64,000 nucleotides of DNA from Azolla caroliniana. Lineage: Eukaryota > Plantae > Polypodiophyta. The DNA lies in the NCBI GenBank assembly GCA_043228905.1, contig JBHGNT010000009.1:6138001-6202000 (forward strand), in the 5' to 3' direction. The translations under genes and the position numbers were made by a program. The notes under the pieces were generated by a model. It was not told the origin of the DNA and searched no databases. It was given only the letters and a program-made list of their open reading frames with translations. Of this stretch, positions 1 to 13,596 are shown in pieces (the stretch's first letter is position 1; each line of letters begins with the position of its first letter).

Positions 1-301
1 CATACATACATGCATACACATAAATACATTACATACACATACATACGTACGTTACATATGTACATACATATCATCACAAACTACAATACATACATATATA
101 TATAAATATTACAAACAAACATCCACACACTCATGTATGCATATATGCATATACCATACACTATACACATACATACATTACATATGTACATTCATGCATG
201 TACATACATACATTGCATATGCATATATTACAATCACACATTCATATACATTGAGTCATGTACATTGACATATGGATATATGCATACAGCTACACACATA
301 C

Positions 302-364
<63 letters not shown>

Positions 365-1787
365 TACATACATACATACATACATACATACATTACATAT
401 GGATATATGCATACATATATGTACATTTGTACATAGACATACCTATATCATTTATACATTAGATATATACATAAATATTATGCACATATTACAATCACAC
501 ATCCATACACATTGAATCGTGTACATTGTCATATGGATATATGAAAACACATACATACACAGATAAATTACATATGGATATATGCATACACATATGTACA
601 TTCACACATGGACATACATATATTCATTTATACATTGCTACATATACATACACATATATACATTAGATATATACATAGATTTTATGTACATATGACAATC
701 ACACATCCATATACATTGAATCGTGTACATTTACATATGCATATATGCATACACATACATACATACATTACATATATGCATACACATGTACATTCGTACA
801 TGGACATACATACTCATACATTACATACATGACATATGGATACACATATGTACATTCGTACATGAATGTTTGAATGTTATGTTTAGTATGAATGAATGAA
901 TGAATGTATGTATGTGCACGTAATGTATGCATGTATGAATGAATGAATATATACATATATGTAATGTATGCATAAAATAAGTATGCTTGCATGAATAAAC
1001 GTGAATGAATGGTTGTTTCCCCCCCAATCACATAGAATTTAAATCTTGTAAAAATGGTCACACTAATGCCAGGATATCTTCTTAAAAATAAAAATAAAAA
1101 AACTTGAATGAATGGATATATGTATGTATATTTATTTGTATGTGTATGCATATATGTGTGTGGATGTTTGTTTGTAATATGTAATGTATGTATATTTATT
1201 TGTATGTGTATGCATATATGTGTGTGGATGTTTGTTTGTAATATGTATGTAAAATTAATGTATATATATGAGCGGTATGAATGTTTAAGTTAATCTATAA
1301 AAGTGATAAATTATAATAGTGAAAACATTCTAAAGAAAAATAAAATAAAATGTGGGAGAGGGGTTTGAATGAGAATAGGAAAAAACGGGTAAGGGGCAGG
1401 GCTAGAAATAGGAGAGGCTGAAAATAGGAGAAAGTTGGGGAGGGGTAGGGCGTAGAATATAAAGATTTTTACAAGGGGTGAGTACATAAGCCGGTGACAA
1501 ATATAACACCGTGCTATGCGATAGAGTGTAGGGTTGGAGATACAACATGGATAAAAATGAAATACAAAATCTTGGCTACCATGTGTAGTCCTGGACATAT
1601 GAACTACAAGAGAGATAAAGAGATATAAAAGGGAATGCATCGTTAGTAAATGTAGTCTCATGCTTACAAACAATATATATTATACATACACTGTGATACA
1701 CATACATACAAATATGATATTACAAACAAACATCCACACACACATATATGTATTATGCATACACATACACATACAAATATACATACA

Positions 1788-1852
<65 letters not shown>

Positions 1853-1951
1853 TATATATATTCATTGATACATGCATACATTACGTGCACATACATACAT
1901 ACATACATACATACATACATTCATACTAAACATAATATTCAAACATTCATG
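1..1951. repeat. Low-complexity (CA)n/(TACA)n/(TA)n microsatellite-rich region with local strand inversion
   Basis: Long CA and TACA runs (e.g. 315-390, 1790-1850). The His/Thr/Ile/Tyr-rich ORFs here are translation artefacts of the repeats. Confidence 0.9.
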
Positions 1952-2111
1952 TTTTTTTTAATTTAGATTTTTGCCGCCTCCTCCTTTGCTCTACCTCCTC
2001 GCCATTGTCGCCTCTTCTCCCCTTGTTGCTCCTGTCCTCGTTTTGCCACCTCTGTTCTCGTTTTGCTGCCGCCGCCGCTCGCCTTGTCGTGCCTCTTTTG
2101 CTCACCATTTT

Positions 2112-2576
2112 TGTTACGGGCATGACCATATAATATCCCGTGGTGAGAATTGTCGTAGTATTCTATACACGTGGATAAGTGTGAGGGTTAAACAAAGAGT
2201 CTAAAGAAGGGGAGGATTACTTTTAATCCTCGGGATTGAGACAACCCATGAGGCCAAGTGTGAACATGGCTGGGGGCCTTGAGAATTACTATAAATAAGA
2301 GGCCTAGCTACCCTCATTGGGGCATGCATTGACTACGTCGAGACTCTGTCCGTGAGTGGAACGACTCTTGTAGCAAGCGCGCTATCGTCCAGGTACGACT
2401 CGACGCCAAGGCGGTGGTATGGGACGCCGATCGAGGCTCGAGTCCGTCTCGATCCCTTCACTCGGGGGTGGTCGGGTGGATCGGCACCCTTCTTTCTCTC
2501 TTTTCTCTCTATTCTTTCTAGATCTATCATTGATATATCCTTATTTTATGCTTACTTTAGTACCTAATCTCTAATA
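2112..2576 (+). repeat. 5' LTR of element A (TG...TA)
   Basis: Direct repeat of 8659-9123. TATAAATA at 2290-2297. Followed by the PBS. Confidence 0.95.
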
Positions 2577-2578
2577 TT

Positions 2579-2590
2579 TGGTATCAGAGC
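2579..2590 (+). promoter_or_regulatory. PBS complementary to initiator tRNA-Met
   Basis: TGGTATCAGAGC 2 nt after the LTR. Confidence 0.93.
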
Positions 2591-4238
2591 ATATGTACTA
2601 ACGTTTCTTTTGGTTTTCTTTTTGTCTTCGCGTGGGATGGCGATTGATCGTTGTGCGGTCGCCTTCATGCAGACAAGGATTAGCGAAAGAACTTCGGTAA
2701 ATTTTCCTTAATTTTTTATCTAATTTTTCTTCTCCCTTCTATACATGTGTATGCTTAATATGTAGTTTTTTTTTCATATATTCAATGATGTTGAAGTGGT
2801 ATTTAATTGGTTATCGTTTGACATATAAATCATATGTGATGAGTGTCGTATGCGTACGAGGTTACTACCTCAATTGCGTATTACGTTCACGAACATATGT
2901 TACGTTCGCGTACGAGGTCAATACCTCGATTCGTTCGAAATGATATGCGTTGGATTTACTATGCGTAAGAGGTCAATACCTCAATTGCGAATTACGCTTA
3001 ACCTTATTTTCGGATGTTTCGTGTGCGTAGAGGTATATGCCTCAATTACGTATCCCGAATACATCATTGTTGGCTATATAAAAAAAACGATTCATTTAGT
3101 ATACGCATATGTGGTCACTTATATACGTCTCTGATCGTATATATGTGATATATTGACATATGTGTATATTTTAGATTACGTGATTCATATCAAATGTTTT
3201 CCTAATTGGGGAGAGGATTTTGGTGGCCGTCCTCACATTTTTGTGAGAATGGCGTTGTCACCATCCCTTTTATCAACAATTTTTATTGTTGAAATTCCCG
3301 TTGGTCACTTTGATATTTCGTTACGTAACGAACCTCGTATAGCCAAAATGATGTTGAATACGTCGGGCTTGATCCACATCAAGTAGGGTCGCTCTAATGA
3401 CACACGTATCCAACATCTCCCCTCGTTACATGGATACGATGCCACCATGAGCTCGTTCTTACGAGCGCCATTCGTAATGACGTGACCATGTGATGGGCCA
3501 CATGAGCCTACGAAGACACAAGGGCTCATTCGGCTTGACCATTAGGTTACACTTTGGCATATGCCATTGTACTTACGAGGCTTGAGGGTAGGTAGCGTAC
3601 AACCATAGTGGGTAATAAATGAGGGAGAAATAAGGCCACTTGACCTATATGTTTCTTTTAAAAAAAACATATAGGGGCAAATGCCTCGCATATTTCGAAT
3701 ACGCCTCAAACATTAAACATTCAAGACGCGCAATCTACTTGGTTGGCTCAAGTGTTTAATGTATTTGTCCTCGAGGTCTCGAGTTCAAATATGACCAACA
3801 CCATACAACATCGTTGATACATATGACTATAATACATGTTTAGACTTTAGGTCTAAGTGCACTTCGGGGTCCTCGTAATAGGACTTAAAGAGCCGAAACC
3901 ACATATGTGGGCACAGAAACATAGTTATTGTTAACATTTTTTTCGTGTATAAACTATTCATGACGCGAACATACATGGTTGAGCCTCGGGGAGCCGCCAT
4001 GAAAAAAATCGATATAGAGATCAGGGAAAGGCATTCATTTGTCACCCCCATGGTTTTTAAAACACCTCTGTGTTACCATAGTAACCTGATCTTGAACCTC
4101 ATCTCATACGTCTAGAGGGGTATTGACGTGAGATCATGATATCGATTAATGTTTGCCCATGATATGTTTACACCACGACAAGATGTTATGACTATTTGTC
4201 TGACCTTATCTTATTTCTTTGCCAGAAATAATCATTCA

Positions 4239-7200
4239 ATGGCTCAGAATAACGACCCGATGCCCTCCGCTCAAGCGGAAAGACCTCAAGGAAATCCTCC
4301 TGGGACAATGTCCATTGAGGCGTATATTTTACAAGTACAACATTTCCTTAGTTCAACCGCGCAGCAGTTGACCGAATTTCGGCAATCTCAAAGTGCTCTC
4401 GAGGCACGAGTCATTAGTCTCCAAAATGAGATTAATAGACCTGATGAGCGTCAGGGTGAACCATCATTTGTCGTAAAGCCATTTACGGGAGATAAAAAGG
4501 AAAGAACCGAAGAAGCAATCTGCACGTGGCTGGGCCGAGGGGAGTCTCATTTTGAGCTCTATCCCACGCCAGATAGTACGAAGATTGCATATGTCGGCCG
4601 AGAACTAGGGGGTAAGGCCGCCGCTTGGTGGCGTGGGCTCCGAACTTTGGGGAGATTGCCCGAGACCTGGACAGACTTTGTCACAGTTTTCAAGGGTCAA
4701 TTTCTACAACCTCCCTCTCGAACCGAGGCAGCACAAGCTTTAATGAACCTCTCTAGCAGGAAGTTTTCCTCGCTAGAAGATTATGTCCACCATGCTAGAA
4801 CCCAAATCCAAAAATCGGGTCTAGAAGGGGACAATTGGTTAATAGCTTGTTTTGTCAATGGCATCCCCAATTCGGACTATCACTGGATAGTGCACGATAA
4901 GGATCCAAAATCCTTCGAAGAGGCCGTTGAGATAGTTCTTCGCTATCAACGCACTTCGAAGAAGGACCATAACAAACCCAACGAAGCGCCCGGGACTAAG
5001 CAGTCGCAATTCGCTGGGAAATGCAAGACACCCAACGAATTCATGGATCGCGATTATAAGCGACAACATCCTTTTTGCGTATTCTGCAAAAAGAAGGGTC
5101 ATACAAAAGAGCAATGTCGTAAGCTCCAACGAAAAGAGCACGACGCCAAACCTAAAGCTACAGACCATAAAGGTCAGATTCCTAATGTCCTTCAGGTCTA
5201 TACACATCATTTGAGTAATTGTCAATGTTCTTCCCCTCATTATGTATTGGGTCCCAATGATTTACTACGTGCAAACGGGTATATCAATGGATCTCCCGTA
5301 CAATTTTTATTTGATTCGGGAAGCTCACACAATTTTGTGAATGATCGTTTGGTACAGATATGGGGAATCCAACCCACCGTAAGTGATCACACCTACACGG
5401 TGCACTTGGCTGATGGAAGAGTACAACACATCAACGGGGCGATTCATTCTTTAGGAATTTCTATTGATACTTATATAGAGGAAGTAGACTTCCATGTAAT
5501 GAATCTTAGTACCACCGATGTAATACTGGGTTATCCCTGGTTTTATAATAAAAGCTCTTCTTTATTTATTGATTGGGTTCGCCATTCCATTTCTTTTGTA
5601 CTCAACGATTGTACGCATTTTATTCAATGTGTAAAAAAACAATCCCTCTCGATTGTTTCCTCGTGTCCATCAATATCCGAGTTGTCTTGTTCTACGTTAT
5701 TTTATTGTGTACTTGATCCGGACATTCACGTTTACAATATCGATAATGTCTCGGGTCAATTAACATATTTTGAACAAAAACAACTTGATGAAATCGTAAA
5801 CGATTTTCGTGATGTTTTTCTGAGTGAACTACCCGATGGTTTACCTCCTAAACGTAATATAGACCATCGTATAGATATTGTACCTGGCGTTGCACCCATT
5901 AGTATACCTCCGTATCGCCTAAGTCGATCTGAAGAGGATGAGGTAGCTAAGCAACTTAAGGACTATTTACGAATGGGTTATATACGTTATAGTAAATCTC
6001 CATGGGGTGCACCAGTTCTCTTGGTTAAAAAGAAAGAGGGCACATGGCGTATGTGTATTAATTACCGACGCTTGAATAAAGTGACGATCAAGAATTCGTA
6101 CCCATTGCCCCGGGCTGACGATCTAATTGACCGTCTCCAGGGAGCTCGGTATTTTACGAAACTTGATCTCCGTACTGGCTACCATCAAATACGAATAAGT
6201 GAGGACGATGTTCCTAAAACAGCATTTCGTACGCGCTACGGCCATTATGAGTTTTTGGTTATGCCTTTTGGTTTGACCAATGCTCCGGCTACATTTCAAC
6301 AAGAAATGAATGACATTTTCCGAGAACAACTTGGAAAATTTGTCGTTATCTTCTTAGATGATATTTTAGTTTATAGCCGTACATTACAAGAACATGCTAG
6401 ACATGTTCGCTTTGTTTTACAAATATTGCGTGACAAACAATTTTACGCGAAGATCTCAAAATGTGAGTTCTTCAAGAAATCAATTACTTATCTTGGACAT
6501 CTCATAACCGAACGAGGAGTTGAAATTGATCGTTCTCGCATCGAGAAAATCAAGCTTTGGCCCACTCTTCGGAATATTCGAGAAGTTCGATCATTCCTTG
6601 GTTTTGTCGGATTTTTGCGAAAATCTCTTCATAATTACTCACAATTGACGACGCCGTTTACTGATCTTCTAAAAGGTCAAACGCGTAAGTCTACAAAACC
6701 TATTGTGTGGAATGCTACACTAGACCTCGCCTTTAAGGAACTCAAGGACTTGGTATGCAACGCTCCTTCACTTCTTTTACCCGATCCTTCAAAACCTTTT
6801 GAGGTTGAAACCGACGCAAGCGATTATGCTATAGGTGCTGTCTTGTATCAAGATGGTAAACCAATAGCATTCGAGAGTAAGAAACTTGATTCTGCTCAAT
6901 GTCGGTATACCGTTCAAGAAAAGGAATTATTTGCGGTTATACATGCGCTCAAAACATGGCGCCATTATCTTTATGGAAATCGCTTTGTGGTAACTACGGA
7001 CCACGAGTCCTTGAAATATTTTTGTGACCAACAAGACCTGAAAGGTCGTAAGGCACGATGGGCTGATCTCATCCAGGACTTTGATTTTTCCATATGATAT
7101 CGTAAAGGTTCCATGAATACTGTCGCTGATGCACTAAGTCGCATCTGTGAAGTTAACATGCTTAGCTTCACTGAAATAACATCAGATCTTTATGATCACC

Positions 7201-8672
7201 TTCGAGGAAAGTATCCTGATGACAATTATTTTGCAAAATACTGGGCAAGAGTCGAGTCTGGAACAGACACCACCACACCCTCGAAGGAATACTTCCACAT
7301 TGCTAACGGTCTGCTCTACCGTAATGGGAAGGTTTGTGTTCCAGATTTGCCTGAGGTCAAAAAGAGAATTCTTTTTGAATGCCATGATGCACCCTCAGCA
7401 GGGCACCCTGGAATACATCGTACACTCGTTCTCATCTCCACTCAATTTTATTGGCCTAAGATGCGTCCTGACATACATAGCTATGTGACTAAATGTCACC
7501 AATGTCAGGTTAACAAAGCCGAGCGACTTAAAGCCGCAGGACTTTTACATCCCTTGGACATTCCCAATAATAAGTGGGAAAGTATATCCATGGATTTTAT
7601 TGTTAGCCTTCCTCGCACCCAAAAAGGTCATGATGCCATATGGGTTGTGGTTGACAGACTAACAAAAATGGCCAGATTTATTGCTACTAAAACCACGGTA
7701 ACAGCTCCTGAATTGGCTTACCAATTCGTTGATGAGTTATTTCGTTTTTACGGGTTACCGATGGATATCGTGAGTGACCGAGATCCGAAGTTTACTAGTG
7801 ACTTCTGGACGCAAGTCTTTAAGAAGTTAGAAACTACGTTGAGCATGAGCTCCACGGATCATCCTCAATCCGATGGACAGACAGAACGAGTAAATCAAAT
7901 TATTGAGGACATGCTTCGAGCATACGTTGGTGCAAAACCAACAAAATGGGAACGTTACCTCCCAATTTTGGAGTTTGCTTATAACAGCTCCAAGCATACG
8001 TCGACGGGATATAGTCCTTTTATGTTGATGTATGGATTTCAGCCACGAGCCCCGATTGATGTTAATATACATCATGATGAGTTGCGAAGTACGCAAAACT
8101 TTCTTCGGGATATGCAAGATATGTTGCATATTGCACGGGATAATATAAAAACAGCTCAAGATAGAGCCCGTTTTTATGCCGATCATCACAGGCAACCTCG
8201 TGTATTCAGCCCTGGACAGAAGGTATTTTTACGTGTACCTCACAATTCTAAGACATTGTCTACGGGTAAGTGCGCTAAGTTAGCCCCACGGTTTTGTGGA
8301 CCTTTTACAGTCCTCAAACGCATTGGATCATCAGCCTATCGTCTTGCTCTTCCCGATGGTGTTGGAATCCATCCAGTCTTTCATGTAAGTCGTCTAAAAG
8401 AACTTCTAGGTTCTGGCGACAATACAGTTACAACTGAAACTCTGGTTACTTCTGAAGATTTATCTTCTAAACCACATGTACCAGAAAGAATTCTCGATGT
8501 TAAAACAAAAAAATTACGTGCTAAGGAAATCCGAGAATTTAAAATAAAATGGATGGATAAATCAATCAAAGATGCCACATGGGAACGCGAAACGACTCTA
8601 AGAACTAACTTCCCTAACTTTCCATTGCAAGAGTGCAATGTTTTAAAGAGGGGGAGTATGTTACGGGCATGA
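4239..8672 (+). pseudogene. gag-pol: Gag-Pol polyprotein of A with a single premature stop (7095-7097)
   Basis: [14 protein letters not shown] zinc knuckle, FDSGS protease, FLDD RT, ETDAS RNase H, integrase, C-terminal chromodomain (PERILDVK...IKW...ATWE). Copy K reads CGA (Arg) where A has TGA. Start could be 4149 or 4239. Confidence 0.93.
8645..8656 (+). promoter_or_regulatory. Polypurine tract of A
   Basis: AAAGAGGGGGAG just upstream of the 3' LTR. Confidence 0.9.
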
Positions 8673-9123
8673 CCATATAATATCCCGTGGTGAGAATTGT
8701 CGTAGTATTCTATACACGTGGATAAGTGTGAGGGTTAAACAAAGAGTCTAAAGAAGGGGAGGATTACTTTTAATCCTCGGGATTGAGACAACCCATGAGG
8801 CCAAGTGTGAACATGGCTGGGGGCCTTGAGAATTACTATAAATAAGAGGCCTAGCTACCCTCATTGGGGCATGCATTGACTACGTCGAGACTCTGTCCGT
8901 GAGTGGAACGACTCTTGTAGCAAGCGCGCTATCGTCCAGGTACGACTCGACGCCAAGGCGGTGGTATGGGACGCCGATCGAGGCTCGAGTCCGTCTCGAT
9001 CCCTTCGCTCGGGGGTGGTCGGGTGGATCGGCACCCTTCTTTCTCTCTTTTCTCTCTATTCTTTCTAGATCTATCATTGATATATCCTTATTTTATGCTT
9101 ACTTTAGTACCTAATCTCTAATA
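8659..9123 (+). repeat. 3' LTR of element A
   Basis: Direct repeat of 2112-2576, followed by TSD ATTTT. Confidence 0.95.
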
Positions 9124-9189
9124 ATTTTTCTCTGTTGGGGCTGCCACAATTACTCTACAAATATTTTATAGGTACACATAAGTATAAAC

Positions 9190-9262
9190 ATCATACATAA
9201 ACCAACACATAAATTCTTAGACTTACACACACAGACACACTCACGTACATACATACATACAT

Positions 9263-9309
<47 letters not shown>

Positions 9310-10000
9310 GTATACAATCATACACATATGCCATACATACAATATATACAACAAACGAAATTAATACAATACAATACAATATGTACATACATACACACAT
9401 ACCTATATACACTAACATACATACACATTTACACATAACACATACATACAATACAATATGTACACACACACGTGTGTGTGTGTGTGTGTGTAGAATATAC
9501 ATACACATATGGACACATATATATGTTGTATGGAACACACACACACACACAAACATAACACGCATCACACATGCTATACATACAATAAATACAATACAAT
9601 ACAATATGTACATACATATTACACACATACCTATATACACATGCAATACAATCCATACAATACCTATATACACATACACATACACATACACACACACGCG
9701 TGCACCTGCACGCCCATGCATACATACACACACACCACACATGCATACCACATACAAACATATACGATGTATGGAACATACATACATACACACAAACATA
9801 AAACACAACAGACATGCATACCACATACAAACATATATGATGTATGGAACATACATACATACGCACACACAAACATAACAAACAACACACATGCATACCA
9901 CATACAAACATATATGATGTATGGAACATACATACACACAAATCACACATGAATACCACATTCACAATGCACACATACACACATATATATGATGTATGAT
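9190..10000. repeat. CA/TACA-rich low-complexity region with degenerate 60-80 bp tandem units
   Basis: (CA)n at 9265-9307 and recurring CATGCATACCACATACAAACATA...TGTATGGAACATAC units at 9740-9940. Confidence 0.85.
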
Positions 10001-10779
10001 TATATGAAAAGTGATAGGTGGGTCATTCTATTTGTAGATAATGGATGGAGAATCTATTATTGAAGTGTTTGAACATGAGAGGGATGATGAAGATAAACCT
10101 TTGGGCATTGTAGGTGTGAGAGGAACTCTTACATATGCAAATATCCGAGTCGAAATAATTGAGGACGATATATTTTATGAACCATTTTCCTTTGTGTACA
10201 CAAAAAATAATATTTTGAATGGGAAACAAGAAGAGAAAAAATAATGTTACGGCTTCATATGAGTCTATCCATGAAACTAAACATAAGGTTAATTTGTTAG
10301 TAATTTCATTATTGATATGCATTTTGGATTGTTCCACGTCTTCTCTTTGAGATATATATATCAAGTTCAAGATTGTTTTATTGTAAATTACATTTTTTCT
10401 TATCACGCTATATTCTTCATATGTCTCAATAAACTAAAGAAAAAACTTATATGTGGCTTATATATATTATACCTCTAGTGTTTTGGGTAATGTTTCCTAA
10501 TCGTGTGTGCATTCTTTGTACTTTACACATTGTGTTTTCAATCTATGTGGCACTTGATGAAGCATTTCTAGGAATTGCATATGATGTTTAATGTTCATTC
10601 ATAATTTTGCAAGTCATCAATTGTAAAGGTGGTCATTGATCCCTTCTAGGATTGGAAACTATGTGTGCATGTATATTTTATATGTAAGGGTATTTAAAAT
10701 GGGTGGTTATCAAAAAATATATCGGTAGTAAGGGGTATTTTTATTAATCTTTTTTCTACAAAAGGGTCACTAAAATAGT

Positions 10780-10853
10780 AAAAACCATACGTATAAGGGG
10801 TTTATAAATGATGTCATGAACGCACGTGATACAACCCTCTTATATATAGTGGA
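10780..10853 (-). mobile_element. Possible Helitron-like 5' terminus
   Basis: The minus strand begins TCCACTATATATAAG, resembling plant Helitron 5' ends, exactly where AT-rich DNA abuts a truncated copia integrase. No 3' CTRR end or A|T target was confirmed. Confidence 0.3.
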
Positions 10854-12935
10854 GTCCCCGGGGAAAGCAACACCGACTTCGCTTCCCAAACGAGCGTAAC
10901 CGGAGCCGGAACAAGCTCGACTTGATACACTCCGCTGTGTGGGGGCCGACACAAAACGTTAGTCTTGGCGGGAGCCGATATTTCGTCTCCTTCATCGACG
11001 ACTACACGCGGCACACGTGGATCTACCTCATCGAGAGGAAGAGCGAAGTCTTCGACTGTTCCGGGACCTCAAAGGGTTCGTGGAAACGGAAATAGGAAGA
11101 AAGATCAAGTGCCTGCGGTCGGATGGCGGAAAAGAATACTTTTCCGGTCAATTCAACGGTTATCTACAACAGATGGGAATTTGGCGCGAATTCAGTTGTA
11201 GATACACGCCGGTGCAAAATGGCGTGGCCGAGAGGAAAAATCGGTCGGTTGTGGAAGCGGCGCGGGCAATGCTGGAAGAAAAGAGCTTGCCCAAGTTCTA
11301 TTGGGCCGAGATGGTACGAATCGCGGTATACATCCATAATCGGATCGGAGAAAAAGTGTCGGCGCACGAGCTATATTTCAGTACGAAGCCGAACTTGCGA
11401 CACTTACGAGTTTTCGGTAGCATTGCGTATGCGCATGTGCCGAAGGAGAAACGAAGAAAGCTGGACGCAAAGGCCGAGAAATGTATCTTGGTCAGTTACT
11501 CGGACGAGCAAAAGGGTTATAAGTGTTATAACCCGCGCACCAAACAAGCGCGCGTGAGCCGCGACGTTGTATTTGATGAGTCCGCATCTTGGTACTCGCC
11601 TCCGACTCCGGATCTCAACTCCAATCCGAGCTCTGACAATGAGGTCAGCGAGACTGAGATGCCTCCAGATGAGCCTGAAATCGGGACCGGTGAAGAGAGT
11701 CGGATTTCGTTTTGGTTAAGCGGACCGAATGGACGACTAAGTCGGTTCAACCAGTCCGATGAAGAGCCGGCGAGTAGTGGAGGCTCGATCGTGCATTCCC
11801 CACGCAGGAAGCTGAGGAGACGGCTTACGCGCAAAAAGAAAGGGAAGAAGAGGATGTCGGATTCCGACACGCATAGGAACGAGTCAGATCGACGCGAGTT
11901 CGACTCCGAGGGAAGCGGTGACGGGTCTTCAAGAGAGAAGTCCACGTCGACCGAGAAGACCTCGACATCGTCTAATGACCGATTACGCCGATCTACTCGC
12001 CAGAAGAACCCAATTGTGTGGTTCGGATACAACGAGTATATGGCGCATCATTATGCGTACATGACCCATGTAGCGGAAGTGTGTGAGACGGAGAGCTACG
12101 CAAAAGCGACTAAGGACGCGAATTGGCGCGCCGCAATGGAGGAAGATATGCACGCATTGGCGGAAAACGAGACCTGGGATCTGGTTGACGCACCGACGGG
12201 TGTGAAGCCGATCGAATGTAGGTGGGTGTACAGAGTCAAGTACAACACCGACGGCTCAGTCAACCGATACAAGGCCCGGTTAGTAGCGAAAGGCTATGCG
12301 CAAAAACACGACATCGACTACGATGAGATGTTTGCGACGGTCGCGAAGATGACGACCGTTCGTGTTTTGCTCGCGGCAGCCGCGGCAAAGGGGTGGCACT
12401 TACATTAGATGGATGTAAAGAATGCGTTCCTACAAGTGAGCTTGAGGAACAGGTGTACATGGTACAACCCCCCAGATTTCACTCCAGAATGAACACGTCG
12501 GTAGTGTGCCGATTGAAGAAGTCCCTTTACGGATTGAAGCAAGCCCCATGTGCCTGGAACGCGAAGATCACGCAGCAACTGCGTCGGATGGGCTTTGCAA
12601 TGTTAAAATCAGACTCTTCCCTGTTCATCTGGAAAGGTCGACTCTGTCCGGTCAGTATTTTACTCTATGTTGATGACTTGGTCATCACCGGCGCTGACCT
12701 AGGTGAAATCGACCGCGTGAAGCTCCAGCCTGTGGCATCATTCGACATGAAGGATCTGGGGGATCTTCATTACTTCCTCGGGATCGAAGTGATCCGTACC
12801 CCTGAAGGCATATTGATCAGCCAACACCATTGTGTGCTAAGTATGCTCTTCAAATTCGAGATGGCCGACTGTAAGTCCGTCTCGACTCCTCTGGATATAA
12901 CCGTCAAGTTTCGCCCCCATTCGGGAAAGGTATGT

Positions 12936-13565
12936 TGTTGGGATTTTCGGTCCCTCCGGATGGGATGTCCGGAGATGAATGACGGCAATCCCGGTTACGG
13001 TTACGGTCCCGGCTACGGAGCCGGATGATGAAGACCTCGGCTACGGAGCCGGATGATGAAGACCCCGGCTACGGAGCCGGATGATGAACGTACCCGGAGC
13101 GAGATCCGGATGCGGGGACATATTTGTGAATATGCTTACCAAGGGCCCTTGAGGCTATATTTGTAAATAACCCGAAAGTCATATGTGTATAAATATGACT
13201 TAGGGCAAACAGTTTTATGTTGTTGCTCATTTTTATGTTTTCAGCCGAGAGAGAGCAAAGTGAGAGCAGCCGAGAGAGAGAGAGGGAGAGGAAGGAAGAG
13301 GTCGACGCCTCTGTGTAATATCGCCGCCTGTGGCGAAGGCAGTGAGCTCAAGGTTGTTGCCTTGTAGCTTCACCATTGTACATCTCTGTGTATAGTGATA
13401 GTTGGAGTTTGAGGACTCCCGTGGTTTTTTTTTCCCATTTAGGGTTTTCCACGTAAAACATCCTGTGTACTCTTCTCTCTATTGTCTTCGTGCATTTTTT
13501 TGTATTTCCCGTTTTCTGTGAATCGATCCTACTACTTGGTGGCGGCCGAGCACTGTTGCGCAACA
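12936..13565 (+). repeat. 5' LTR of C
   Basis: TG...CA, repeat of 17680-18307, contains about three 29-bp tandem units. Confidence 0.95.
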
Positions 13566-13596
13566 ATTTGGTATCAGAGCACGGTTAACACAGAAA

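Larger units (their letters stand above)
2112..9123 (+). mobile_element. Element A: full-length Ty3/gypsy chromovirus (Tcn1-like) LTR retrotransposon
   Basis: Two 465-bp LTRs with one substitution seen, 5-bp TSD ATTTT (2107-2111, 9124-9128), PBS, PPT, and gag-PR-RT-RH-IN-chromodomain order. Confidence 0.97.

Noticed and set aside
133-1966. His/Thr/Tyr/Ile- or Val/Cys/Met-rich ORFs (also 9191-9980)
   Set aside because: They are translations of CA/TACA microsatellites with no domain signal.
2333-2567. Small ORFs recurring in A-family LTRs
   Set aside because: The recurrence reflects LTR identity, and they are not preserved in the older D LTRs.
2858-3043. CRISPR-like repeat-spacer array
   Set aside because: The repeats are short and degenerate, lie inside a retrotransposon leader, and have no cas genes nearby. 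The context is eukaryotic.
7095-7097. Programmed stop-codon readthrough in A
   Set aside because: K and D have CGA here, so it is a simple CpG transition.
10023-10406. Short ORFs in AT-rich DNA as a host gene or Helitron helicase fragment
   Set aside because: No recognisable motif or splice structure.
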